From assembly GCF_009914755.1 (NCBI RefSeq), contig NC_060929.1: DNA of 64,000 bases. One strand, 5' to 3'. Under the pieces are notes generated by a model. That model was not told where the DNA came from and ran no database searches. It worked only from the letters and a program-made list of their open reading frames with translations. The position numbers and the translations under genes were made by a program. Positions 1 through 13,234 of the stretch are shown here, one piece after another. Within the stretch, counting starts at the first letter, position 1, and every line of letters begins with the position of its first letter. Source of the stretch: the human T2T-CHM13v2.0 reference genome, Homo sapiens.

Positions 1-1144
1 AATTTCTATGATGGCAAATCCAGGCTCTAAAAAATTAGTTATTCTCAGCTTGACAGATTTTTTTTTTTAAAAAGGAAGCTATGATGCAGGACTATATTAT
101 GAACATTTGATGCCTATTGTCCTAGAACTCAACACTGCAGTGCTTAGACAATATGTCCTGTAAGACGGTACTGTTTGTGAACTACAAGATATATTTTCCA
201 TGATTCCATGGATTGTTGGACCCTGTAGCCAAGACTAGAACACATACTTGGAATCCAAAGTATAAGGTAATTCTAAAAGGCCTTGGTTTCTGTATTATAA
301 ATATAACTGTACTAGCAGAATTATGTTTTGACCATTTCTCCCTAAGCCACCATTGAATGGGCAGGAACCACTGAGAGCTAGAACTCAAATCTGGCCTTGG
401 TATGCAATCTTGACTATTTTAAGCTCTCTGATTCCCCATGTGCCTTTTATCAACCTTTCTCCATTCTGCAACTATTTTAATTATCTGGTACATGATCAAA
501 AATGCATTCTCAGCTGTATTGTACCAGTCAGTAGTGGGTGACAAGGCCTTCCCACAGCATTTATCTTTAAGCTTCAGCATACGTATTTGTACTCTTCATC
601 CTATCTATTTGGAGTGGTCTCAAATTCCACAGGCTACTCCACGGTGTGGAGGTGGAGCAGGAAGAGGAAAATGAAGAAGGCAACTGCTGCTGGGTGTGTA
701 ACATAATACCCAATAGGTCACTGCTGATGTATTTAAACATTTATTTGTTGAGTAATTTATCTCTGGCACATTAGGAGATTGTTAATGGTGTTAGAGAGGA
801 GTAATTGCTATTTCTGTGATTAAGTTGAAAGGAACACAGACGCATAGTTAACAAGACACAGTATTTATATGATATTTGTAAGTCATATAAATAGATTTTT
901 CCTTGAATGGTAACCAAAGGCACATGAATCATTCATGGTGTTTATGTGACTGAATGAATGCTGATTTCTTAAGCAGAATTAGCAAAGAAGTTGATTCATA
1001 TGAAGAATACTGTCATTTCTACTTCCTGTTTAATAGAATAGCCTGAATTAAAGAGAACAGAAAAATTCCCTCTGCAAGTTACATTAGTAACATTCTCATT
1101 CCCTGAAAGACACACACAGACATGCATACACACATACACTCATG

Positions 1145-1690
1145 TTTATTAATTCATGCATGCATGCATCCATCCATTTTCTCACTCAATTTTAATTGCA
1201 AGCCAGTTATGTGCCAGATTCTATGTGCCAAGCTGAGGAGATGATGGTGAGCAAAAACAGATCCAGTCTCTCTTCTTATAGGGTGTAAAAAATCTATGGT
1301 AAATAATGCCATTAATTAAAAACTACCCAAATGATTATATATTAATAATTACCAATGGAGTCAAGTGCTCTAATGGAAAAGAATAAGTTCTATGAGAATA
1401 TGTAAGACCAGATACCTGATTTAACGTGGGAGGGTCAGGGTAGGCTTCCCTGCACATGTGGTGCTTGTGTGGAGATCTGAAGGATGACTAGTAGTGCTGG
1501 GTAGGAGAGGATTTGTGCTTGATGAGTGTGTGGGGTTTGTGAGTATGTTTGTGTGTGTGTGGTGTGAGTTGTCCAACACTCAGAACTATATGTATGAAGG
1601 CTCTGGGGTGGGAGGGAAGATGAATGTGTCAAGGATTGAAAAAAAATGACAGGTAGATGAACTGCAGAGAGAGAGGGTCAAGTGATTAAG
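1145..1690 (-). mobile_element. L2 LINE 3' fragment (old)
   Basis: ATTC/ATCC-type tail, then tatgtgccag...gagatgatggtgagcaaaaacag and ggtcagggtaggcttccc, typical of reverse L2 3' end. Confidence 0.65.
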
Positions 1691-3552
1691 AATGAAACCA
1701 GAAAAAACAGGACCCAAAACATGCAGGACATTGGAAGCCAGAGCAAGAAATACAACTTTGAAGAAACATGATCAAATACACTCCCTTCTCCCATCCGTAA
1801 CATACATTATACACAAAATGAACAAAAAGGAAACACATGTCCAAAAGACACTGGGGAACTGTGTTATATTTTAAACAGTAGTATAATAAAACTGTCCCAT
1901 ATTCGTATTCAGGGTCCTGTATACAACCATGCCAGAAAAACTCCCAAAGAGATTTAATAAAATGAAACACATTTATTTTCATGGTCCCTTCATTGAGCTC
2001 TTTATGAAACTGAGACAATTACACGTATATGACCACCTTGCAGACATCAGGAAAGTACAGAATTCCCAGCTGGGTCCATAAGGCTGTACTACTTGACAGT
2101 GCCTGGTTTAGGCTTTCATTGTATTTATAGAGCTACTAGAAACTCACACACTGGAGACAAATGGGAACAATCAATAGAAGCTGGATACTTTGCACATTGA
2201 GTTATAACAATGGTAATTAATGTGGACATTTCTGGGACCCCCAGAACAGTAACTTTGGTGTAAGAGAGGCTGCTTACCCTATTATTTGACTCCCAAAGAA
2301 TTTTGATGATTACGGTGTATCTTATGTGTCTACCACTTTGCAGAAGCATTTGGCCTGAGAAGATACCACACCCTCTCCATCGTTTTCATAAGAATTGCCT
2401 ACCATCTACAGATGAACCCACCCAAGCAAAGCCAGCATGCTCTGCATAGGAAGCCTGAGATGATGGAGTCCACATGCTGTTTATTTAGTCATCATAGCTT
2501 TATGACTTGAAAATGTTGACAGAGACATGCATCTACCAGTCACCATGGCAGGGATTCAATAGCCCACTGTGCCACAGAGGGCATGCCTTGGATGTAGAGA
2601 GTGAAGACTTTCCACAACTTGTGAATGAGCCCTCTGTGAGTTTAGCCAAAACATTCATGTCAAAGAAATGGAAATCTCAAATAAAACCCATCGCAGGCCA
2701 AGCTCAGGAGGGCTGGCTAGCCAACAAATCCTGAACAAGGGGGTTCAAGGGAAAAGGAAAACATGTGTTTCATAGGCATGTATGAAAATAATCTTTTCTT
2801 CTATAGCTTTTGAAATGAGGATAATGAAATATCAGTTGGTCTTTGAGGATGATGAAAGGAATATTTTTTGTAAGTTATAAAACAATAGCGTCTGCCTTTA
2901 GCAAGTAATCTCAAGAGAGTCACTTTCAGAGTCCAGACTGGAAGAACACTTAACTTCAAAATAGCTCTTTACAAATACTAATCAGATGGTCCACAAAACT
3001 CTCTGCCATATGAAAGTTATCTTAACCCAAGTAGGGAAGTCACAGATAGCTGTAAATATCTGTGTGCCTAGCTCTGTGTTAGAAGCAATGGTGAATGTGT
3101 GTGTGTGGGATGGGGTGGAGTCAGTGGGTATGTGTAGGTGTGTTGGTGGGTGGAGAAAGGCTGCATTCATTTAGGTGCAGGAAAAGGCTTTTTTTTTTTT
3201 CTGACCAATTAGGTTTTTGACTGAATGGACCAAACTGACTGTTGTGGTGTCATGGAAACCTAGCCATGGAAACCTTATAGAAATATCAGGAGCTGAAGGG
3301 AGGGAGTGTTGAAGAAAGCATCACAGAGAGATTGCTACCAACTGATTCCCATAGATACTATAAAAATAACTCCTTTTATCTTCCCATTTTCAGTGAGAGA
3401 ATCTCGCTATTTGGAAAATCATGCTTGCTATTCTGCAGCTTTTCTGTACAGATAACTAATAAACAACTTGGAAAACACTCACTCATCTCAAATGGAACTG
3501 AATTGAATCAGATGTTCAGTTTGGAGGGCTGAGGGAATGAAACTTACCTTTA

Positions 3553-4125
3553 TATCTAATGCAGGCCCCCAGCCTTCATAACTAGTACATCAGCAAGTCC
3601 TATTAATTTTATGTCATAAACAGATCTTGAATCCACCTCTCTTTACCCTTACCACCAAACTACAACATTTATCACCCCTCCCAGTCCCCAAAGTCCCCTC
3701 TTATATGTTTTCATGGCACTCTATGCTTTTTTCAAAGCACTACCCTTTACATGTTCATTTATGTGATTACCACATTCATTTGTTGTTTTATTAATTCATT
3801 CACTTATTCATTCAACAAATATTTATTGAGGGCCTGCTCTGGGCCAAACACTGTTTCAGCGACTATTGACACAATAGTGAAAAAAATAGACAAGCTTCCT
3901 ACTCCCATGGAGCTGACATTTGAATGGGCACAGACAGGTATAAGCAAATAAGTAACAAATAAGAACAATGCCTACTGTCTAATTGGGAAGACAGACATTC
4001 AATCCATTATTCCCTCAGCACCCAGTATGAACTTCAAACACAAATCAGACCAGGTCAATCTCTGCTGAAATCCTTTCTATGGCTTCCTATTGCACTTAGA
4101 ATAATATGCAACCTCCAAACATAAC
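3553..4125. mobile_element. Cluster of L2 fragments in both orientations
   Basis: cattcattcaacaaatatttattgag (~3805-3830, minus-strand L2 end) flanked by plus-strand L2 motifs (catcagcaagtcct; aaatcagaccaggtca...cttcctattgcacttagaataa). Confidence 0.65.
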
Positions 4126-4389
4126 CTAATCATGTTCAGCCATTGAAGGTAGTATCTTGGTTTTAAAATATCATTAAGTAAACAAAGAAGGTATTAGGCC
4201 TACTTCATGAAAAGCAAATGAACTCTCAAAGGAATGGGTGTCCTCCTTAACACCTTCATTTTCAACATCTGCAATGCATGAGTTGCATTTTGTTTTATGG
4301 CATTTTTTTCTATTTATACTCAAATAGATAATTTTTAAAAAGGTTAGTTTGATTATCATACCATCTCTTAGAAAACTGTTATTTGATGA

Positions 4390-4520
4390 GTTATGTGACC
4401 TCCCCAAGCTTTAGTTTTCTCCTATATGAAGTGGGGATGGTCATATTTTATATCATACATTTGCTTTGGTGATTAAGTGAACCAAAGGGCATAATACCTG
4501 AAACAAAATAAATGTTTAAT
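4390..4520 (+). mobile_element. MIR fragment
   Basis: tatgtgacctc...agttttctcctatatgaagtggggat, degenerate MIR core. Confidence 0.5.
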
Positions 4521-5249
4521 TAGATGTTTTTCCCTTTGAGCAAATGAATCAGCACTCATCATTATTGCTGTAAATAAACAAACTTACTGACATGGGAATG
4601 AGAATGTCACTGAAATGAAAATAACATAATTGTTTACTTCACAGCAGGGTGATGGTTGGGGCAAGAAGGCATCTGCAGCCTGGGTCACTGGTAACCTGTC
4701 GTAGTGACTGAGCTGACACCAAGCCTTGCTCTGAAGCAGGTATTTTTATGCAGTTAACCTTCTCTGGGCTGGTGATTATGCAACATGTTTGTTCCCTGAG
4801 CACACATTGTTCTCAGGCGGCCGGCACGGTCACTAAAAATCCTACCTGTTTTAGAATCTTCCTATTAGTAAATACCAGGCAATGTCACTAAAAAGGCTTA
4901 CAGGCTGAGAAGAGGAACTGAACAAATCTTGGAGCCAAGATGCATCTCCTTTTCAGGTGGTACTTCTCCAGGGAACGATGTCCTTATCTGTGAGACCTTG
5001 AACTGAATGTAAGCTCATCCCCCATCATTTACCCCTGAATAGCCTCACTCCTACAGACCTGCTCTTTAACCGCTTTTATAGCTTCATCAACTTTTTCTGA
5101 TCGTAAAATAGAATATATAGCAAGAAGAAAGAATAAAGATCACTAGTCATTCTACCCTCTCTCTACCTCCAAATAACAACATAACTTTGGTTGACATTTG
5201 ATTATAGCCTTCCAGGATTTTCCCCCTATTTCTCTATATAGACATATTA

Positions 5250-5462
5250 ACTGGTTTAAGAGCATGGACTGTGGAATAAGACTTCCTGGCTTAAATCCCA
5301 GCTGTGTAACTTATTAGCTATGGAGCCTAAGGGAAATTACTTTTAGCTTCTCTGCCTCAGTTTCTTCACCTATAAAATAGAAATATTCCTGGAGTATTGT
5401 GAGGATGGGTAATACATATAAAATGGTTTGAACAGTGTCCACTAGGCACTCAATAAATGCTA
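5250..5462 (+). mobile_element. MIR SINE
   Basis: ggtttaagagcatggactgtgga...tgcctcagtttcttcacctataaaat...ggcactcaataaatg. Confidence 0.8.
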
Positions 5463-6764
5463 TCTAGATGTATAATTATATGTAAAAGTTGAATAAGGAA
5501 CACTTAACTATGTGACTTAGGAAAGAGAAGAAGAATGTCTCTACTTCACAGCTGATTTCCCCAAATAAATAGTCGGTACACAAGAAACATTTGTTCAATG
5601 AATGACAGTGTGAACCCATAAATGAACTGATAAAACATGGACGAGTGGATAAATGATGAGAATGGATCAATGTAGTGTAAATGCAGAGGAGCCCAATGGA
5701 AAATTTCTGGCTGAGGAGAATCTGTGGATCTTGGTGATTTTTCTAGGAATATTTGTAAGACTTCCATTAGGCACTTGAGGACTTCTTGGTGGGAAGAATA
5801 GAAACCCACAGAATTACTCTGGATTGCAGGGGGACGAAGGGAACTGAATTGTTCAGCGGGACTGTAACTGACAGTGGAGCTCCTGGTTTCCTTTGTTGTC
5901 AGATCTCCTCCTACTGCTCAAACACCATGCTTACCTTTCTGCGGGGAGCGGAAGGCTCCGTTCCTGAGTCTCCCTCCTACTTCTCCACGTGCTTAGGAAG
6001 AAGATCCTGATCAGCAAATGCTAGAACTCTTCTCTGAGTCCCAGAACCTCATTACCTGCTGGGTTTACTTGGGTTTATTTATAGACTTGAAGAAATAACA
6101 GAAGTCAGTCACTCATCATGAGGTTTCCGAAAAATCTCTTCAGAACTTCTCCAGGCAAAGTGCCCCATCTTACCTCCCAACTCAGACCAGGGAAATGTAT
6201 CTAGTTGATAAGCAACTCTAAGCTCTTGGTGAAAGGCAGCACTCTGGAATGAACCAAATGTTAGTATTTTCCATCATGGAGTTCTTAGAAGAGAGGAGTC
6301 TCAAGGGGCCTTGAAGAGGGGGTGTGAAGGGGTGTGTGTCCTGTTAATGCATGGTAGAATGGGCTGAGAGCCTGTCTGAGGCCTGGCATAACACAGGGTG
6401 GTTTCACACATGGCTCATGGTGAGGCCTGTCTTCCACCCTCGTCGAATATCATTACATCACTCTTTTCCAGTTACAGGAAATCCAGTGAGTGCTGGCCAT
6501 AGTATTTCCCTGAGATCCAAAGCAAACAAACCCGCCTCTCCTCAGTCCCAGAGGCTGACGACATGTGAAGGAAAAGCCAATTCATAGTATGTTTCTGTTG
6601 GGCCTGAGCAGCTGAGGGTGAACCCACTGGGCAGGCAGACAGTGGGCAGCTTTCTAAGCACATATACAGCCAGAAAGCAGGGACGCACATGCCCATCTTT
6701 TTCTTTTTTTCCTTTTATAAGAAACATTATTTGAAGTCCATTTTTGTATTTGACAGACTACCAG

Positions 6765-6975
6765 GGCTGGAGTCCCAGCTCTTCTACTTACTAGCTGTTT
6801 GAGTTCAGGCAAGTCCCTTGAGCTAGCAAAGCCTCAGATCCTTTATCTGTAAAATGTGGATCGTAGTAGGACCAGTCTTCATGGGAAACAGGGGCATTAA
6901 ATGACAGCTTCCATGTGAAGTGCTTAGCACAGTGCTTGATGCGTATTACATACTCAATAAATGTTTTCTATTCTT
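6765..6975 (+). mobile_element. MIR SINE
   Basis: cttactagctgt...ggcaagtc...gcctcagatcctttatctgtaaaatg...gtgcttagcacagtgc...ctcaataaatg. Confidence 0.8.
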
Positions 6976-7059
6976 GTTATCTCCAGTTAAGATAGATGAT
7001 CAGTCCATATTATTTAGGATATTTAGTGCCATTTCTCCCTCAAATGCAGTACACAGTAC

Positions 7060-8520
7060 TTTTTTTTTTAAAAAAAAAGTAAAAGCTTTTTAGAAATAAA
7101 AAATTCACACTGAAATCGGCAGAAGCCATAAGCGAGTAGCTTGAAGAACGTGTATAGAGTGAGTGCCATGTAACCACACCCACATCAAGATGCGCAGCAT
7201 CAGCAGCTCACAGAAGTCCACTTATGCTCCATTCACATACACTATTCCCACTTTTCTGACCTCTGTCATGACAGATCAATTCTTTAAATGAAATCAGTGT
7301 CCTAACCACCATCCAAATAAGGAGATAGAACATTTTCAGCAACCCAGATGAATTCCTATCTCACCCAAAGAAAACTGCTCTTTTGACTTCTATTACAATA
7401 AATTTTGGTCTTGAGTTTCTATAAATGGAATGATGCAGATGATATAGTATGCACTCTTTGGTGTCTGGCTTCTTTTATTATACTTACTCAACCATATGCT
7501 TGTGAGATTCATCCATGTTGCTGTGTGGAGCAGACATTTCTTCTTGTTGCTGTATATAATATTGCATTGTATAAATATTCCATAATATATTTGTCTGTTT
7601 TATTGTTGATGAATATTTGTGCTGTTCCCAGACTTTTGCTATTACAAATAATGCTGCTATGAACATTCTTGCATATGTTTTTTGGTGCATGTATATATAC
7701 CTTCCTGTTATTTATATATTTAAGAGTGAAAGTGGCTACATCATAATGTCCATATGCATTAGTTTTAGTAGGTAATGCCAAACAGTTTCAACATTGTACC
7801 AATTTACATCACAGCAGTATATGAGAGTTCCAGTCACTATACATTCTCATCAACACTTGTGATTACAAGTTCCTTTTAAAAAATTTAGCAGTTCTGGTGT
7901 GGTGGGTGCATTGCATTATCTCATTGTACTTTTCATTTGCATTTCTCTGATGAGTAAGATGTTGAGCTCTTATATTGGCCAGTTTCATATCCTCTTTTGT
8001 GAACTAGCTGCTCAAATATTTTTGCCCATTTTTTTTATTGGATTATCTGACTGATTTAGGTGAATTTAAAATGTAAATATGTTCTGGAAACACAGAATAT
8101 ATAGATATTTGTATGCAAATATCTTTTCCCACACTGCAGGTTGTCTTTTCATTCTCTTGATAACATTTTTTGATGAGCAGAAGTTTTAAATTTTAATATA
8201 GTTCAATTCATCAATCTTTTTCTTGTGGTTGGTACTTTTAATGTCTTATTTAAGAAAATATTGCTTATACTGAAGTGATGAAAGTATTTTCCTATGTTAT
8301 CGTTTGAAAGATTATTGTTTTTCTTTTCATATCTGAAGTTGATTTTTATAAATCGTGTGAGGTGGGTTCAGTACTCTTTTTTCCTTCTTTTTTTTTCTCA
8401 TATGGGAATTCAATAGACTTGACACTGTTTGTTATAAATATCTACTTTCCCTATTGCAGAGTAATAACACTATTGTCAGAAATTTGGTGACCATATATGT
8501 GGGGGTCCTCTTGGGATTTT
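7060..8520 (-). mobile_element. Old L1M (L1MC/ME-like) 3' region
   Basis: gattcatccatgttgctg, gctgctatgaacattcttg, catttgcatttctctgatga, gatgagcagaagttttaaatttt: reverse L1 ORF2 end and 3'UTR. Confidence 0.85.
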
Positions 8521-8569
8521 AATTAAAAAAAAACTGTGCTTTTTACCCCTTTAAAATATTTAACTTGTG

Positions 8570-8863
8570 GGCCAGGCAAAGTGGCTTATGCCTGTAATCC
8601 TAGCACTTTGGGAGGCTGAGGCAGGTAGATCACTTGAGGTCAGGAGTTTGAGACCAGCCTGACCAACATGGTGAAACCCTGTCTCTACTAAAAGTACAAA
8701 AATTAGCCAGGTGTGGTGGTGCACGCCTGTAATCTCAGCTACTTGGGAGGCTGAGGCAAGAGAATTGCTTGAACTCAGGAGACAGAGGTTTCAGTGAGCC
8801 GAGATCGTGCATTGTACTTCAGCCTGGGTGACACAGCAAAACTTCGTCTCAAAAAAAAAAAAA
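8570..8863 (+). mobile_element. AluS (Sx/Sz-like), full length
   Basis: Dimeric Alu with A-rich linker and poly(A); TSD-like tttaactt on both sides. Confidence 0.95.
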
Positions 8864-9049
8864 GTTTAACTTACGATTTTGTGATGTTGGATACACAGAT
8901 CCATGTCCCCAAAGCAACACCTTCTTCTGTTCACAAAAAAATTTAGGTTTGAGATAAACTCCCAAAGTTCCTACACTGAAATAATTTTTTTCTTTTTCTT
9001 TTTACCATACTGAGGTGGACACTAGTTTCAAAGGATAGAAGTACTGAGA

Positions 9050-9440
9050 AAGTAATTACAAGTTTGCATGTGCATCAGCAGGAATCAGCCCATAGTGCAG
9101 TGATTTCATACAATTTATGATTGGTAAATATTTTTGAAAACACATTATTTTCTACTCAAATGTAATTGGATGCTACATTCAATATAATGATCAATATCAA
9201 CTGAGATTCTAACACTTAAGAGATAGTAAATATATGACATGATCCTCCTGTGATCATGGCAGACACTGCTAATTATGACATTCTCCAGCACATATATGGT
9301 AAATATATGACATATGGGCCCCCATGCCTGCCTGTGATCATGGCAGACACTGCCAATTAATCGTGGCATTCTCTACTGTATAGCCCAGAAGTGGCATCAG
9401 AATCCTTCTCAATGTAGAGCCCTAGGCATTCACTACCACC
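9050..9440. mobile_element. Probable old DNA transposon (MER/hAT-like) relic with internal duplication
   Basis: gatcatggcagacactgc...aatccttctcaa resembles hAT-derived MER relics; family not securely recognised. Confidence 0.35.
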
Positions 9441-9964
9441 AATTGATTAGATTTGTCACATAAAATGAAACCTACTTGCCATCATTAACTTAGAATTTCT
9501 GGCTGCATTCACCTCTACTATATCCTTAAAGCTCCTAGATTCCTGCTTCTTCCAACATAATCATCCTACATTTTTCTCTGAATTGTCTGTATTATGTGAG
9601 CTGTGATTGAATCATTTACAGTGGTATGAAAGAAGACAACTGGCTGGCTGGCTGGCTAGCTGCCTCCAGCGGGCCTGCTTGGGTAGGCAATTCCTTGGTT
9701 GTGTAAGCTCAGGACAGAACCTAAGCCTCACCTTTGCAGCTTATAAAGCTTCATTCAATCAGCTGTCCCTGAGTTTATCAGGCTACCAGGAACTAACTTA
9801 TAAAGAAATTAACAGGCGACAGATTTATAAATCAGAATGCTGACTGACTGATTGGTAGTGGGGTCACAAAACTTTCCAATGGGTAGAATATTGGTTTCTA
9901 CTACTCAGGAGAGCCACTCTCTTGTATAGAGCTACCTGAAAAACTGAATTAGTAATTGGAGGTT

Positions 9965-10180
9965 TAGTGGTTCAGAGCGCAGACTCTGCACTAGGACCTC
10001 AGAGTCTAGGTCTTGGTGATTTTAGGCAAGTTACCTTTAGCTTCTAAATCTCAGTTTTCTCATCTTTACATTGGGAGAGGGGGTGATAGTAATTACTTCT
10101 GAGGATTCAGTGCACAAATGCATATGTATCATTTAATAGCTTAGGATCAGGCATGTAGTAAGCAGTCAATAACTGTTAAA
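9965..10180 (+). mobile_element. MIR SINE
   Basis: tagtggttcagagcgcagactctg...ggcaagttac...ctcagttttctcatct. Confidence 0.8.
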
Positions 10181-10257
10181 TTATTAGTATAGATTCAGCA
10201 CAAAGGGAATGGGATATTTTTAAGTGCTGTTTTGTCCAGACTATGGAAAATCTTTGA

Positions 10258-10586
<329 letters not shown>

Positions 10587-10999
10587 TACTCCTTCTTAGA
10601 AGCAAAAATAAGTCAGTTCATGTGATAAAGTATCTGTCACACTTTCTTTCTTTTGGATAGTTTTGGATGAATAAAAATTCTTAAACACAAAATCCCCATT
10701 CACTAGATTTCATGCTCATTTCCCTCTTCTTCCAAAACCAGTCATCATTAGATTAGATAAAATAAAAGGACTAGGTTTTCCCATTTATATTGGTCATGTT
10801 CTAATCCCGAGCATAAAAGCTGGCCACCTTGCTTGGACAACAGGCAGAGAGATAATTTGGTCTTTTGATTGGCCTCAGGAGATCTCCTATTTCCTTGATA
10901 AAGACTTGGGAGAGTTAAGGAAGAACATCAATGTGCAGCTGAGTATATTTTTATTGTAATTTTACTGGAGGTGGGGTGAGGAGGAAGATGAGTATGTTT

Positions 11000-11215
11000 C
11001 CTGAGCGGCTACTGTATGTCACAAGCACTTCCCATGTGCTACTTCACTTAATCTTCATAACAACCCTATAACACGGATGTCTTTATCTATGCTTTATGGG
11101 CAATGTCCAGAAGGTGAATAATTAGCCTAAGATCCCACAGCCAGCAGGTGGTGGATTTGAACATTTGATGAACTTGAACCCAGAGCCATCTGATATCAGA
11201 GTTCATGTTCTCTGA
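11000..11215 (-). mobile_element. MIR SINE
   Basis: cacttaatcttcataacaaccctat...gcctaagatcccacagccag...gaacccagag. Confidence 0.7.
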
Positions 11216-11545
11216 ACTCATGACACCTTACTGGCTACTTTTAGCTGAATTTTCAGAGGCTGACATTTCTTCTCACCTCATATGGAAGATTATAGTTTGC
11301 AGACTCTATTAGTGTGATTACAAAATATTTGTCCATTTATATAAGTATGAGAAGATAGATACCAGTAAGGAGATCTAGAAGAATAATACCCAGTGGAAGG
11401 GAGAAATTGTTTAAACCAGTGGTTCACAGTCTTGAGTGTGCATCAGAGTCACATAGAGGGCTGGCTAAAACACAGAAGGCTGGGCCCCACCCTGAGTGAT
11501 TCAGTGGGTCTGGGGTGGGGTCTGAGAGTATGCATTTCTGACAAA

Positions 11546-11767
11546 TTCATATATGTGAATATATATATATTCACATATATATGAATATATTCATATATAT
11601 ATTCACGTATATATATGAATATATTCATATATATATTCACATATATATATGAATATATATATTCACGTATATATATATGAATATATTTATATATATTCAC
11701 GTATATATATATGAATATATTCATATATAGTCACGTATATATACATATATACATATATACACACACA

Positions 11768-11801
<34 letters not shown>
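11546..11801. repeat. TA-rich palindromic microsatellite/minisatellite
   Basis: Repeated tgaatatat(at)attca(c) units followed by an uninterrupted (AT)n run. Confidence 0.95.
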
Positions 11802-11804
<3 letters not shown>

Positions 11805-12167
11805 TTAACTTACACAATCACAAGGTCCCACAATAGGCTGTCTACATGCTGAGGAGCAAGGAAAGCAAGTCCGAGTCCCAAAACTGAAAAACTTGGGGTC
11901 CGACGTTTGAGGGCAGGAAGCATCCAGCATGGGAGAAAAATGTAGGCTGGAAGTCTAAGCCAGTCTCTCTGTTTTCACGTTTTTCTGCCTGCTTTATATT
12001 CGCTGGCACCTGATTAGATGGTGCTACCAGATTAAGGGTGGGCCTGCCTTCCCCAGTCCACTGACTCAAATGTTAATCTCCTTTGGCAACACCTTCGTAG
12101 ACACACCCAGGATCAATACTTGCATCCTTCAATCCAGTCAAAGTGACATTCAGTATTAACCATCACA
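11800..12167 (-). mobile_element. MLT2A (ERVL) solo LTR
   Basis: cacaatcacaaggtcccacaataggctgtct...gagggcaggaagcatccagcatgggagaa...cagtattaaccatcaca. Confidence 0.9.
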
Positions 12168-13234
12168 ATGCTGATGCTGCTGGTCCAGAGATTACATTTT
12201 GAGAAACACTGGGTGATTTAAACAGGAGAGAGAGAAACAGGTGGGAGTAAGAGTGGAAAAGACAGTGGGCTAGAGGGTTAAATATCCACTAAAAGCTGTA
12301 CTCTCCTATGGCCACATATGCTATGTTTTACAGGATTTATGCTCTTGTCTATCACTTCCAGCATCACTCCAGTGTACGCATTGATTCTGGGAGCAGTAGA
12401 GATGTGGTTGGACAGGGTAAGGACAATGAGGGCCGAGTAGTAGAGAAGGAATGAGGTGGCTGTGAATTGGGTGGATTAGATGGCAGCTCTGTTACCTGCC
12501 AGCATCCAGATTGCCCTTTCCCGAGGGGAGAACTGACTCTGGCTAGGCCCTATGCAGGGAGGGGTGGGCTAGAATTAGAGCCGTAGCAGGCAGCAGATCC
12601 TCTTGGGCCATTCCAGAGTGAAGAGTGTGGGCAGCCAGGCTTCCAATGGGGAAGGTTCAAACCACAGAATTTGTTCTTGAGTCACTCCCCCTTGTTTCTG
12701 TACTGATATTGGAACCAAACCAAGCCATAGTTTTCCGATCAAACTGCTCCCCACGCACTCCTCTGTTCCCACCAAATTGCAACATAGAAGAAAAATTGAA
12801 GAGGAGACTCTTTGGACCCTTGCCATGCTAGGCTTGGAAACTCAGCTGGGGAAAAGGAGCATGAAAAGGTTAAGCAACTTGCTTTACTACTTACTATCCA
12901 ATATTGGACTTTGGGTTTGGAATTTGGTTTGAGGTAGATAGGGAAAAATATTTCCTCCTTAACTGATTGTTCTTGGGCAAACAAGAATGTCAACGAATGT
13001 AAGAAAGAAGCTTTATCTGCAGTTATCTTCCTCAGCAGAGGTGTTTGTTTTATATCTCTCTAGCTTCATATGTGGCTTTAGGTGAAAATAATAGTGATTA
13101 ATTTCAGGCATTGTTGGCTTTTACTGAGCAAGAGGTGTGAAAGATTCCTGAGAGGCCTGTTTTCTTGGCCTTGAAGGAGAAATGTTACGTTAGATGTTTC
13201 TAGTCATTTTCAGAGGCAGTGTGATGGTAATTTA

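Larger units (their letters stand above)
11417..12211. mobile_element. MER5A (hAT-Charlie) split by MLT2A insertion; arms 11417-11548 and 12168-12211
   Basis: cagtggtt...gcatcagagtcac...gctgggccccacc...tgcatttctgacaa, resuming atgctgatgctgctggtcc...tttgagaaacactg; terminal inverted repeats cagtg/cactg. Confidence 0.88.

Noticed and set aside
11138-11156. CTCF-like ccagcaggtggtg (also weak matches near 18003, 36148 and 40970)
   Set aside because: Each mismatches a core position and some lie in old repeats; not supportable without ChIP data
11546-11790. CRISPR-like or coding repeat (YIYVNI peptide)
   Set aside because: Simple TA satellite with no unique spacers, in a eukaryotic context
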